In this document: in pieces, positions 37,130 through 50,712 of the stretch | Layout: every line of letters starts with the position of its first letter | Position numbering within the stretch: the stretch's first letter is position 1 | NCBI GenBank assembly: GCA_043228905.1 | Contig: JBHGNT010000012.1 | Coordinates: 12,524,001-12,588,000, forward strand | Direction: 5' to 3' | Source of the DNA: Azolla caroliniana | Taxonomy: Eukaryota; Plantae; Polypodiophyta | Length of the DNA: 64,000 bases | Made by a program: the position numbers and the translations under genes | The notes under the pieces: generated by a model | Told to the model about the DNA's origin: nothing | What the model saw: the letters and a program-made list of their open reading frames with translations, nothing else | The model's database searches: none

Positions 37130-37552
37130 TGTCAGGAATAGTACTAAAGCAGAGATGGAATTAGTACTAAGAAGAGCAGTACTATTAGTACTAAGAGGAC
37201 GAGACTGCGTAAGATTCCCGAGAGAGGAAGTGAGAAGAGGAGAGAGAGAGAAAGATGATGACAACAGCTAATATATTATGTGAAAAGATAAGTACAAAGC
37301 GGCTGAGAGGCTTAAGACTGGCGTTGAACCAATTTGGTTCAACATAATGCCTAGTGCCTTCTTTTATAGTGTTGTCAGGAGTAATCCTGAAACTTCTAGA
37401 ATGTTCGAGAGAAATCTGGAATATACATTACTTTCTTATAATAAAACATAAATGAAAATAATATCCTATGAATTACAATAGATGGTGTGATGGTTAAGAG
37501 CTCGACCCATATACCATAAGGTCATGGGTTCGAGTCTTGCCATATCATGACA

Positions 37553-38445
37553 TCATGAGTGATAGAGATCCAAAGTTTACTAGTGACTTCTGGACGCAAG
37601 TCTTCAAAAAGTTAGAAACTACATTGACCATGAGTTGCACAGATCATCGTGAATCCGATGGATAGATAGAACGAGTAAATCAAATTATTGAGGACATGCT
37701 TCGAGCATACGTTGGTGCAAAACCAACAAAATGGGAACGTTATCTCTCAATTTTGGAGTTTGCTTATAACAACTCCAAGCATACGTCGACGGGATATAAT
37801 CCTTCTATGTTGATGTATGGTTTTCAGCTACGAGCCCCGATTGATGTTAATATTCATCATGATGATTTGTGAAGTACGCAAAAATTTCTTCGGGATATGC
37901 ATGATATGTTGCATATTGCACGAGATAATATAAAACCAACTCAAGATAGAGCACGTTTTTATGCCGATCATCATAGGCAAACTCGTGTATTCAACCCTAG
38001 ACAGAAGGTATTTTTACGTGTACATCATAATTCTAAGACATTGTCTAAGGGTAAGTGCGCTATGTTAGCCCCACGGTTTTGTGGACCTTTTACAATCCTC
38101 AAACACATTGGGTCATCAGCCTACCGTCTCGCTCTTCCCGATGGAGTTGAAATTCATCTAGTTTTTCATGTGAGTCGTCTTAAAGAACTTCTAGGTTTTG
38201 GCGACAATACAGTTATAATTGAAACTCTGGTTACTTCTGAAGAATTATCTTCTAAACCACATGTACTAGAAAGAATTTTCGATGTTAAAATAAAAAAATT
38301 AGGTACTAAAGCAATCCGAGAATTTAAAATAAAATGGATGGATAAATCAATAAAAGATGCCACATGGGAATGCGAAAATACTGTCAGAACTAACTTCCCT
38401 AACTTTCCATTGCAAAAGTGCAATGTTTTAAAGAGGGGGGGAGTA
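37553..38445 (+). pseudogene. Integrase C-terminal half, chromodomain and PPT of a family-X chromovirus
   Basis: SDRDPKFTSDFWTQVF...CGPF...HVSRLK...IKW...ATWE, homologous to 13480-14370. PPT AAGAGGGGGGGAGTA at 38431-38445. Confidence 0.9.
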
Positions 38446-38900
38446 TGTTACGAGCATGACCATATAATATCCCGTGGTGAGAATTTACCGTAGTATTCTA
38501 TACACATGGATAAGTGTGAGGGTTAAACGAGAGTGTAAAGAAGGGGAGGATTACTTTTAATCCTCAGGATTGAGACAACCCATTAGGCCAAGTGTGAACT
38601 TTCTTGGGGACCTTGGGTATCGCTATAAATAAGAGGCCTAGCTACCCTCATTTCATAATCTTTTGACTACGTCAAGACTTTGTTCTTGTGGTGGGTCAAC
38701 TCTTGTGGCGAGCGCACCGGCACCAAGTATGACTGGACGCCATGACGATGGTATGGGACACCGATCGAGGCTCGAGTCCGTCTCGATCCCTTCTCTCGGG
38801 GGTGGTGGGATGGATCGGCATCCTTCTTTCTCTCTCTCCTTTCTTATTTCATATATATTATATGTTGATTATATGCTTAGATTAGATCATACCTCTAACC
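38446..38900 (+). mobile_element. Family-X LTR with a PPT upstream and a PBS downstream
   Basis: Starts TGTTACG, homologous to the X LTRs. TGGTATCGGAGC at 38903-38914. Confidence 0.88.
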
Positions 38901-38902
38901 GT

Positions 38903-41900
38903 TGGTATCGGAGCTTATGTTTCTAATGTTTCTTTTGTTGGTTTTTGTTGTCTTCTTGATGGATGGTGATCGATCGACGTGCGGTCGATCTTGATCGAGA
39001 TAGCAATCAATAGAGGAACTTCAATAATTCTTTCTTGTTTTTTTCTGCTTTCTTCTCCCAATCTAATCATGTATAGTCAATATGTTTTTTCTTTATTGAT
39101 TCAATGATGTTGTAGTGGTAATGGATTGGCTGTATAAAACGTATTCATATGGGTATGAAATCAAAACCTCATTTGACATATATTTGATATGTGATTCGTG
39201 TCATATGCGTACGAGGTTAATACCTCAATTGTGTATTATGTTCACATACATACCTTACGTTCGTGTCTGAGGTCAATACCTCGATTTCTAAGTAAATGAT
39301 ATGCATTTGGTGTCGTATGCATAAGAGGTCAGTACCTCAATTGCGTATTCTGATTAACCCTTATTTTTGGATGTTTTGTGTGCATAGAGGCTATACGCCT
39401 TGATTACATATCCTGATTACATCATTATTGGCTATTTGATATTACGATTTTTTTAAATATATACATATGTGGTCACGTGTATACATATTTGATCATATAT
39501 ATGTGATAAATATGCATCTGTGTATATTAGTTATTATGTGATTTCTATAATCGAATGTTTCCTTTTCGGGGAAAGGATCTTGGTGGCCATCCTCACATTT
39601 TTGTGAGAATGGCGCGTAGTCACCATCCTTTTTTCAACAAATTTTTTGTTGACATCCCCGTTGGTCACTTCGATTTTGTTATGTAATGAAACGGTCTTCG
39701 CCACAATGATGTTGAGAACGTAGGGCTTGACCCACTTCATTTGAGGTCACTCTTATATAACCATGTTATGGGCCACGTGGGCCTACTACGAAAAGAGGGC
39801 TCATTTGGCTTGACCATTAGCTTGCACTTTGGCGTATGCCATCGTAATTATGAGATTGGAGGTTAGGTAACGTACCAACATAGTGTGTGGTAAACAAGAG
39901 GGAAATAAGGACTCTTGACATATATGTTTCATTTAAAAAAACATATATGGCCAAATGCCTCGTATATCTCTTATACGCATAAAACAACACGAGCAACCTA
40001 TTTGGTTAGTTCAAGTGTTTAATGCATTTCTTCTTGAGGTCTCGAGTTCATATATGACCAAGACCATACAACATTGTTGACACATATGACTATAATACAT
40101 GTTTAGACTCTAGGACTAAGTGCACTTCGGGGTCCTTGTAATAGAACTTATAGAACTGAACCTACATACGTGGGCACAAAAACATAGTTTATTGTTAACA
40201 TTTTTTTCCTGTATAAACTATTCATGACGCGAACATACATGGTTGAGCCTCGGGGGGCCTCCATAAAAAAATTGATATAGAGATCAGGGAAAGACATTCA
40301 TTTGTCACCCATGGTTTTTAAATCACCTTTGTGTTACCATAGTAACCTGATCTTGAACCTCATCTCATACGTCTAGGGGGCGATTGACGTGAGATCATGA
40401 TATCGATTAATGTTGGACCATGATATGTTTACATCATGACATGGTGTTATGACTATTTATTTGACCTTATCCTATTTCTTTGCCTGAAATTATCATTCAA
40501 TGGCTCATAATAACGACCCGATGTCTTCCACTCAAGCAGAAGGAACTCAAGGATATCCTCCTGGCCCAATCTCCATTGAGTCGTATTTCTTACAAATACA
40601 AAATTTTCTTAGTTTAACCGCTCATAAGATGTCCGAAGTTCGGCAATCTCAAAGTGCCCTCGAGGCACATGTCATTAATTTACAACGTGACACTAATAGA
40701 CTTGATGAGTGTCAGGGTGAACCATCATTTGTCGTAAAGCCATTTACGAGAGAAAAAAAGGAAAGAACGGAAGAAGCAATCTGCATGTGGCTGGGCCAAT
40801 GGGACTCTCATTTTGAGCTCTATACCACACTAGATAGTACGAAGATTACATATGTCGGTGGAGAACTAGGCGGTAAGGTCGCCGCCTGGTGGCGTGGACT
40901 CCGAACTTTGGGGAAATTGCCCGATACCTAGAAAGATTTTGGCACATTTTCCAAGGGCCAATTTTTGCAACCTCCCTCTCGAACCGAGGCAACACAAGCT
41001 TTAATGAACCTCTCTAGCAGGAAGTTTTCCTCGCTAGAAGACTATGTTCACCATGTTAGAACCTAAATCCAAAAATTGGGTCTAGAAGGGGACAATTGGT
41101 TGATAGCTTGTTTTGTCAATGGCATCCCCAATTCGAACTATCACTGGATAGTGCACGATAAGGATCCTAAATCCTTCAAAGAGGCCATTGCAATAGTTCT
41201 TCGCTATCAATCCACTTCAAAGGACCATAACAAACCCAACGAAGCGTCCGGGACTAAGCAGTCGCAATTCTCTGGGAAACGCAAGACACCCAACGAATTC
41301 ATGGATAGCGATTGTAAGTGACATCATCCTTTTTGTGTATTCTTCTAATAAAAGGGTCATACAAAAGAGCAATATCGAAAGCTCCAACAACAAAACAAAA
41401 ACTGCAGACCATGAAGGTCAGATTCCTAATGTCCTTCAGATCTATACATATCATTTAAGTAATTGTCAATGTTCTTTCCCTCACTATGTATTGAGACCCA
41501 ATGTTTTACTACATGCAAATGGGTATATCAATGGATCTCCTGTACAATTTTTGTTTGATTCGGGAAGCTCACACAACTTTGTGAATGATCGTTTGGTTCA
41601 AATATGGGGAATCCAACCCACCGTAAGTAATCACACATTAAGGTGCACTTGGCTAATGGAAGAGTACAATACCTCGATGGGGCGATTCATTCATTAGGAA
41701 TTTCTATTGATACTTATATACAGGAAGTAGACTTCCATGTAATGAATCTTTGTACCACTGATGTAATACTGGGTTGTCCATGGTTTTTTAATAAAAACTC
41801 TTCTTTATCTATTGATTGGGCTCATCATTCAATTACTTTTGTACTGAACGATTGTACTCATTTTATTCAATGTGTTAAAAAACAATCTCTATCGATTGTT

Positions 41901-42456
41901 TCCTCTCCATCAATAACCGAGTTGTCTTGTTCTACTTTATTTTATTGTGTACTTGATCCGGACACTCACGTTTACAATATCGATAATGTCTCGGTTTAAT
42001 TATCATATTTTGAACAACAAGTCGATGAAATCTTAAATGATTTTCGTGATGTTTTTCTGAGTGAACTACCAGATGGGTTACCTCCTAAACGTAATATAGA
42101 CCATTGTATAGATATTGTACCTAGCGTTGCACCAATAAGTATACCTCCTTATCTCTTAAGCCGATCCGAAGAGGATGAGGTATCTAAGCAACTCAAGGAC
42201 TATTTACAATGGGTTATATTTGTTATAGTAAATCTCCATGGGTTGCACCTGTTCTCTTGGTAAAAAAGAAAGAGGGCACATGGTGTATGTGTATTAATTA
42301 TCGACGCCTGAATATAGTGACGATCAAGAATTCATATCCATTGCCTCGGGCTGACGATCTAATTGACTGTCTCCAAGGAGCTCGGTATATTACGAAACAT
42401 GATCTCTATACGGGCTACTATCAAATTCGTATAAGTGAGGACGATGTTCCTAAAAC
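38903..42456 (+). mobile_element. Family-X chromovirus 5' half (PBS, 1.6 kb leader, gag from 40500, protease, start of RT), degenerate
   Basis: MAHNNDPMSS..., [22 protein letters not shown]. Cut at DVPKT by a Tcn1-like LTR. Confidence 0.9.
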
Positions 42457-42749
42457 TGTCATGATATGGCAAGACTCGAACCCATGACCTTATGTTATAT
42501 GGGTCGAGCCCTTGATTATTATACCATCTATTGTAATACATAGGATATTATTTTCATTTAAGTTTAATTATAGGAAATTAATGTATATTCATGATTTCTC
42601 TGGAACATTCTAGAAACTTCAGGATTACTCCTGAGAACACTATAAAAGAAGGCACTAGGCATTATGTTGAACCAAATTGGTTCAACGCTAGTCTTAAGCC
42701 TTATAGCCATCTTGTACTTACTCTTCTTATAATATATCATCTGTTATCA

Positions 42750-42829
<80 letters not shown>

Positions 42830-44117
42830 CTCTTTCCTCTCTCTCGGGAGTCTTACGCAATGCCGTCCTCTTAGTACTAATAGTACTTCTCTATTTTCTC
42901 TCTATTTTACAACTATTCCTGATAGTTTGAACCAATTTCACTCTCTAGTCTTTCTTTTGGTTTCCCTCATCCTCTTATCCTTTTTTCTATACAATGGCTT
43001 CTGTTAGCGCCCAAGAATACCAATCTGTTTTCTTCGAGCTACAGTGTCTAAAAGAAAAATTTGTTGCCTTGGAACAAGAAAACCAACAGTTGTTAGGGGA
43101 TCTTCAACAAATTGCCCTAGAAAAATAGCAAACACAGCAACAACATGGGGAGTTAGCGTTACGTGTGCAACAACTCGAAGCAGCGTTGCAACAACAAGGA
43201 TCAAGTCCCCAAGGATTTCATAAAGGGCCCAAGATTGGATTTCCTATAAAATTTGATGGAACGCGATCGCAGTTTAGGGGATTCCTTTATCAAGTACGCT
43301 TAGTCATTCAAATGCATCCTTCTCGATACCCCACGGATGCATCCCGAGTCAGCCTAATCAGCACGTTGCTTAGCGGCTCAGCCTTGGCATGGTTTGCTCC
43401 GCTTACTTAATAACTTTGAAGACTTTATTAGTGAGTTTAAAGCTTGCTTTGGAGATACAGACAACATCCGGATGGCGATCAAAAAAATCCGACGATTGCG
43501 TCAAGGCGATCGTCCAGCCTCTACCTACGCGGCGGATTTCAGTCTACTCGCTTCAGATATCCCCTAGGATGATTAGGCACTAATGGAGCAGTTTCTCTAT
43601 GGCTTGTGAAACGATGTCAAAGGTCTACTTCTACCCTTGCCCGAAGAACCAAAGTCTCTAACGGAGGCAATCAGTCGAGCGGTCCGATGCGACAACCGCC
43701 TTTTCGAACGGCCTTCGGAACGTCAATTACAAATACCATGCTCTAGGCTAGAGCCCACTTACGCCTCAGTCGCGGCTAAACCGTTTGCACGAGACATACC
43801 TCAAGCAAATACTCCGACACCGATGGAGATTGACACCATGCGTCGTATATCTCTTAGTGGTTCCATTCCCTCCAAGCAAGTTAGCAATGTGTTCCTAGCC
43901 CAAGTCATGGTTAGTACTAAAAGTACTCCCCCAGTACATGTCCTAGCACTTCTAGATTTCGGAGCTAATTCCTGTTTCATCGATCGAAATTTTGCCCAAG
44001 CTTCTTAGACATCCTTAAGAAAACTTCCTTCACCCGCATCTGTAGTAGTCATTGATGGTCGTCCTATTGCTTCCGAGAATATTTTGTGTGTGTAGTATCA
44101 TTTAATATAATTAGTAT
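42457..44117 (+). mobile_element. Truncated Tcn1-like element: 5' LTR (42457-42924), self-priming PBS, gag (ATG 42994), partial protease
   Basis: Homologous to 35600-37552 in the opposite orientation. (TC)n at 42753-42823. Internal deletion near 43847. LLDFGANSC. Confidence 0.88.
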
Positions 44118-47100
44118 TGCACACCAGGTCGTTGAGTTCCTTAAAGGCGAGGTCTAGTGTAGCATTCCAGACAATAGGTTTTGTAAACTTACGCATTTGA
44201 CCTTTTAGAAGATCAATAAACGACGTCATCAATTAGGAGTATTTACGAATGGATTTTTGCAAAAACCCGACAAAACGAAGGAATGAATGTTCAAGCGTCG
44301 GTAATAAATACACGTAAGTTATGTGCCCTCTTTCTTTTTAACCAAGACAACTGGTGCACCCCATGGAGATTTACTATAATGTATATAACCCATTCGTAAA
44401 TAGTCCTTGACTTGCTTAGATACCTAATTCTCTTCGGATCCACTTAAGCGATAAGGAGGTATACTTATTGGTGCAACGCCAGGTAGAATATCTATACAAT
44501 GGTCTTTATTACGTTTAGGAGGTCACCCATCTGGTAGTTCACTCAGAAAAACATCATGAAAATCATTTAAGATTTCACCAAGTTGTTGTTCAAAATATGT
44601 TAATTGAACCGAGACATTATCGATATTGTAAATGTGTATGTCGGGATCAAGTACACAATAAAATAGAGTAGAACAAGACAACTCGGATATTGATAGAGAG
44701 GAAACAATCGAGAGGGATTGTTCTTTTACACATTGAATAAAATGAGTACAATCGTTCAGTACAAAGGAAATGGAATGATGAACCCAATCAAAAAATAAAG
44801 AAGAGTTTTTATTATAAAACCAAGGATAACCCAGTATTACATCAGTGGTACAAAGATTCATTACATGGAAGTCTACTTCCTCTCTATATGTGTTAATAGA
44901 AATTCCTAATGAATGAATCGCCCCGTTGATGCCAAGTGCACTTCATAGGTGTGATCACTTACGGTGGGTTGGATTCCCCATATCTAAACCAAACGATCAT
45001 TCACAAAATTGTGTGAGCTTCCCGAATCAAATAAAAATTGTACGGGAGATCCATTGATATACCCGTTTGCATGTAGTAAATCATTGGGACCCAATACATA
45101 GTGAGGGAAAGAACATTGACAATTACTTAAATGATGTGTATAGACCTGAAGGACATTAGGAATCTGACCTTTATGGTCTGCATCTTTAGCTTTGTTGTCG
45201 TGCTCTTTCTGTTGGAGCTTTCGACATTGATCTTTTGTATGACCCTTCTTTTTGCAGAATACGCAAAAAGGATGTTGTCGCATGCAATCGCGATCCAGGA
45301 ATTCGTTGGGTGTCTTGTGTTTCCCAACAAATTGCGACTGCTTAGTCCTGGGCGCTTCGTTGGGTTTGTTGTGGTCCTTCTTCGAAGTGCGTTGATAGCG
45401 AAGAACTATTTCAACGGCCTCTTCGAAGGATTTTGGATCCTTATCGTGCACTATCCAGTGATAGTCCGAATTGGGGATGCCATTGACAAAACAAGCTATC
45501 AACCAATTGTCCCCTTCTAGACCCGATTTTTGGATTTGGGTTCTAGCATGGTGAACATAGTCTTCTAGCGAGGAAAATTTCCTGCTAGAGAGGTTCATTA
45601 AAGCTTGTGCTACCTCGGTTCGAGAGGGAGGTTGCAGAAATTGGCCCTTAAAAACCGTGACAAAATCTGTCCAGGTATCGGGTAATTTCCCCATAGTACG
45701 GAGCCCACGCCACCAGGCGGCGGCCTTAACCCCGAGTTCTCGGCCGACATATGCAATCTTTGTACTATCTGGCATGGGATAGAGCTCAAAATGAGACTCC
45801 CATCGTCCCAGCCATGTGCAGATTGCTTCTTCGGTTCTTTCCTTTTTATCTCCCGTAAATGGCTTAACGACAAATGATGGTTCACCTTGTCGCTCATCAA
45901 GTCTATTAGTCTCACGTTGTAGACTAATGACACGTGCCTCAAGAGCACTCTGAGATTGCCGATGTTCGGTCATCTGTTGAGCGGTAAAACTAAGGTATTG
46001 GGTTATTTGTGCCAAATACATCTCAGTGGACATTTGTCCATGAGGATTCCCTTGAGTTCCTTCCGCTTGAGCGGATGACATCGGGTCGTTAATTTGAGCC
46101 ATTAAAGATTATTTCTGGAAAAGAAATAGGATAAGGTCAGAGAGATAGTCATAACATCATGTCGTGATGTAAACATATCATGGGCAAACATTAATCGATA
46201 TCATGATCTCGCGTCAATACCCCTCTAGACGTATGAGATGAGCTTCAAGATTAGGTTACCATGGTAACACAAAGGTGTTTTAAAAACCATAGGGGTGACA
46301 AATAAATGTCTTTCCCTGATCTCTATATCGATTTTTTCATGGTGGCTCCCCGAGGCTCAACCATGTATGTTCGCGTCATGAATAGTTTATATACGAAAAA
46401 AATGTTAACAATAAACTATGTTTCAGTGCCCACATATGTGGTTTCGGCTCTTTAAGTCCTATTACGAGGACACTGAGGTGCACTTAGACCTTAAGTCTAA
46501 ACATGTGTTATAGTCATATGTATCAAGGATGTTGTATGGTCTTGGTCATATTTGAACTCGAGACCTCGAGAACCAATACATTAAACACTTGAGCCAACCA
46601 AGTAAGTTGCTCTTCTCGAATGCTTAATGTTTGATGCGTATAAGAGATATGTGAGATCATATATGTTTTTTCTAAAAGAACATATATGTCAAGGGTCCTT
46701 ATTTCGCCCTCATTTACCAAAACTATGTTGGTATGTTACCTAACCTCAAGTCTCGTAATTACGATGGCATACGCCAAAGTGCAACCTAATGGTCAAGCCA
46801 AATGAGCCCTCGTTTTGTAGTAGGCTCACGTGGCCCATCACATGGTCACGTCATTACGAATGCCTCTCCTAAGAACGAGCTCATGGTGGCATCGTATCCA
46901 TGTAACGAGGGAGGGATGTTGGATACGTGTGTCATTGGAGCGACCTCACTTGAAATGGGTCAAGCCCTACGTACTCAACATCGTTATGGCTATAGGCGTT
47001 TCTTTACGTAACGAAATCGAGGTCATCAACGGGGTTGTCAACAAAAAAAAATTGTTGAAAAAGGGATGGTGACAACGCCATTCTCACAAAAATGTGAGGA

Positions 47101-48208
47101 CGGCCACCAACATCCTTTTCCCGACAAGGACAACTTTCGATATAATCACGTAATAACGAATATACACATATGTTTACTTATCACATATATACGATCAAAT
47201 ACGTATATACGTGACCACATATGCCTATAATAAACATATCGTTATATTAAATAGCCACAAATGATGTGATCGACATACGTAATCGAGGTATATACCTCTA
47301 CGCACACGAAACATCCTCAAATAAGAGATCATCGTAATACGCAATTGAGGTATTGACCTCTTACGCATACGAAACCAACAAATCAAGGTATTAAACTCAT
47401 ACGCAAACGTAACATATGTTCGTGAACGTAATACGTAAATTGAGGTATTAACCTCGTACGCAAACAACACTCATCACATATTATTAATATGTCAAACGAG
47501 GTATTGACCTCGTGCACATATGTAAACGTTTTAAATAATCAATTAAAGACCACTACAACATCATTGACTTAATGAAAAAAATTGACATATAAACTAAACA
47601 CATGATTAGATGGGAGAAGAGAGAATCGAAAAAAAAATTATGGAAAGAGTTACCGAAGTTCTTTGTTGATCGTTGTCTGGATTAAGGCCGACCGCACAAC
47701 GATCAATCAACATCAATCAAAAGACAAATGAAAAACAAAGAAACATTAGTACATAAATCTGATACCAAATATTAGAGATCTAAGTACTAAAGGAAGCTTA
47801 AGATAAGGATAAACAAATGATAGATAGAAAGGAGAAAGAGAAAGAAGGGTGCCGATCCACCCGACCACCCCCGAGCCTCGAGCCTCGATCGGCGTCCCAT
47901 ACCACCGCCGTGGCGTCGAGTCGTACCTGGTGCTGGCGCGCTCGCTACAAGAGTTGAGCCACCACAAGAGCAGAGTCTCGATGTAGTCAAAAAGATGATG
48001 AAATGAGGGTAGCTAGGCCTCTTATTTATAGCGATACCCAAGGCCCCCAGGCAAGTTCACACTTGACCTAATGGGTTGTCTCAATCCTCAGGATTAAAAG
48101 TAATCCTCCCCTTCTTTACACTCTCGTTTAACCCTCACACTTATCCACGTGTATAGAATACTACGATAAATTCTCACCAGGGGATATTAAATGGTCATGC
48201 CCGTAACA
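44118..48208 (-). mobile_element. Family-X chromovirus, 5' half (LTR 47770-48208, PBS, leader, gag-PR, internally deleted RT)
   Basis: 44947-48208 is near-identical to 16715-19976. 44118-44946 is visibly more diverged and has deletions. Confidence 0.9.
44984..46102 (-). CDS. Open Gag plus N-terminal protease ORF, 372 aa (premature stop in protease)
   Basis: ATG start; retrotransposon gag core, CCHC knuckle, LFDSGSSHNF. Confidence 0.75.
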   Translation of the reverse strand: MAQINDPMSSAQAEGTQGNPHGQMSTEMYLAQITQYLSFTAQQMTEHRQSQSALEARVISLQRETNRLDERQGEPSFVVKPFTGDKKERTEEAICTWLGRWESHFELYPMPDSTKIAYVGRELGVKAAAWWRGLRTMGKLPDTWTDFVTVFKGQFLQPPSRTEVAQALMNLSSRKFSSLEDYVHHARTQIQKSGLEGDNWLIACFVNGIPNSDYHWIVHDKDPKSFEEAVEIVLRYQRTSKKDHNKPNEAPRTKQSQFVGKHKTPNEFLDRDCMRQHPFCVFCKKKGHTKDQCRKLQQKEHDNKAKDADHKGQIPNVLQVYTHHLSNCQCSFPHYVLGPNDLLHANGYINGSPVQFLFDSGSSHNFVNDRLV

Positions 48209-50712
48209 TCCGATCTTCACCGTCACATCTGGACAAACCGCAAATAAATCTTCTGTTGTTTTAGTGGCTGCCCAGATCTTCCATCCATGATTAGTGTTAT
48301 ATAGGCCACTTCCCCTTTCGGTAGAACTCCTTGGACATCAAATTGATCTCCGATCCGTGATTAATCAATGTTGGTACGAGCTCCTTGATGTTTCCGATTC
48401 AGACCGGAGTCTCCGTAGTTGCGCATGCCCAGTGTGGCCTTGTGTAGTGGGACTTCGGAATTTCATCCTCCACTTCAGTGTCAATCATTAGAATGGTGTT
48501 TGCATTCCCCCTTGGAGCATTTTCCTCTGTATTTTGTCTTTTTCTCTTCACAAGATCCACAAGAAGATCGTGGAACTCCTTCTTCGCTATTCCGAGTAAT
48601 TCCCGAATTGAAAATCTACCTGACTATCGAGGATTCTCTCCTCGAACACCTTTTTCAAGGCCATTCATTGCTCGATGTCTGAAGCAAGTTTGAATGCTGG
48701 AATTGTTTTTCCTTTCCCCTTCCCTTCAGAGTTCCAGCTCTCCGGCGTCTTTGATGGTTAGGCCGCATCATCCGTGCACCATTGTTTCTCATCTACATAC
48801 ACCTCATGTAATTGGCATAGGGCGTACACACTATTCTTATCGATGGGGCACTCCCATCCCGTAGCTTCTCGGATGCCTTCCGTAGTGCTTCGGATCTCAT
48901 TAGAGTCAGTTTTCTCGGGGTTTTCTAGCACTTCCGGCCAAAAAGACTTCTTTGCTCTAGACGACTCACCCACACATATCCCTGCGGTTGTCACATAATT
49001 GCTTTTCGCCACTATTTCCTCCTCTAGGACTCTCTTCATGCGGCCTTTCCGGAAGTTCGGTTAGAGTGGCTTCGTAGAGTCCATCGAATGAATCAGATTT
49101 CCCTCGAAGTAGATAAGGTGCCGTCGTAGCGCCTCCTTGTGCTCGTCGCAATCCCTCCGATCATGTTTGGTACTATTGCACCATATGCATCGACGGTCCA
49201 TATACTTGGAACTTGTGGGTCGGTCATCCAACTTCTTCACCATCACGATTTTCAGATTCTCCATCTCTTTCAGCAACTACTCCACCGTGGTTGCATCGAT
49301 TCCCTTCTCGGTCGTAGTCTCCCGAGCCCATGGTTGATGGTCTTCCAATTCAGATCTTGGTTTCGGAATTGGTTCCGAAACCCTCTTTTCTTCACTACCA
49401 AGCCATTGCCCTCGCTTTGTGTATCCCGCGATAATATCCCGCATGTTTTCCCATGTATTGGTGTGGCCACTCTCAGTAGCGGTGTCCTTTAGAAGCATTC
49501 CAAGATCTTTCCGGTCCCGGACATCCACGGCTCATAAGAACATGATCACTTTGTCCAGTGCAAGGATAGCTTGATCTCTCGCGGAAAACCTCCGGAACCG
49601 ACTTTCGAATGCCGGAAACACATCGAGGACCTTAGCCCCTTGTCTGGCATTTCCACCCAATCTTCGAATCCCCTCCGCGTTGTCTTGGAGGAGTCCTCAA
49701 TGGAGAACGTGGTCTTTAGCGCTTCTTCAAATGTTTCCCACGTCAGATTTTGTTGTTGTTTCCCGTGGATACTCCCTTGAAGCCCGTCCGTAGCCACCCG
49801 ATTGAAGGATGTGACCTGCAATCCTTTCGATATTCCGCAACGTAGCATTTCCGACTTGTAATCCCACAAATATCGCGACACATCCTTCCCATTGAATTGC
49901 CCTCTCAGTTGCACGAGCCGTTGTATTGCCGCCGCAATCTCCGATATCACACGTTATTCTTGTAGCATCCGCTCGAACATCGTCATCATGTTGTTAGTTT
50001 CCGGTTGTTGATTCTCCATCTCCTTTCCACCCGTTTACACGTCGGGTTCACCAACTATGTCATGCCTTTCGGCGCCAAATCGTTTGCGTGAGTCGGGTGG
50101 GAACCCCTGAGGTTTTGAACTAGGTGAAAGAAGAATATGAGATAAGGTTTGTTACGAATAGATTGCAAGATGAAGATATGTAACTCGTGAATCCCACGAG
50201 TATAGTGTATTAATTAATACTTACTAGATTGTAAGAGAGCAATAGATGGCAAAATCGTGAATCCCACGAATATTTAATATTAATCAACCCTTATAAAAAA
50301 TCAACTACCGTATACATCTTTCTCTCTTCCTTATATAGTGATGGAAGAGACTAATCATAGCATCATGTTTTTTTCCTAAAGTGTTCATGCACATTAGATG
50401 TGCATGAGTAATTGGCTTGTGTTTTTTTCTTCCAAATAAAGTTTTTACGCACTCTAAAAGTGCATGATTTACGTTTTTTTGTAAAAATAGGCGTAAATAT
50501 AACTCTTATATCTATTAAATCTATATTTAGATCACTTATGATAAGTTAGTGCAATGGTAAAGTTTGGGTTTGTTTACATTGTGGTATAAGGTTCAAATCT
50601 TCCCCTATGTATGTAACAATATTTTTAATATTTCCTTTTATTTATTTATGCGTACTTAAATCAGATTTTTTTTTATACATATTTCACGTAGTGTGCAAAT
50701 TACACTACGACA
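48209..50712 (-). mobile_element. Duplicate of element B 5' part (protease/gag, tRNA-Trp PBS 50038-50053, LTR 50058-50712)
   Basis: Near-identical to 19977-22480. Confidence 0.9.

Larger units (their letters stand above)
32156..37552 (-). mobile_element. Near full-length Tcn1-like chromovirus (degenerate); 3' LTR truncated
   Basis: 5' LTR 37130-37552 (TGTCA...TGACA). 3' LTR 32156-32454. PPT TAAGGGGGAGATAG at 32455-32468. No tRNA PBS. Confidence 0.9.
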
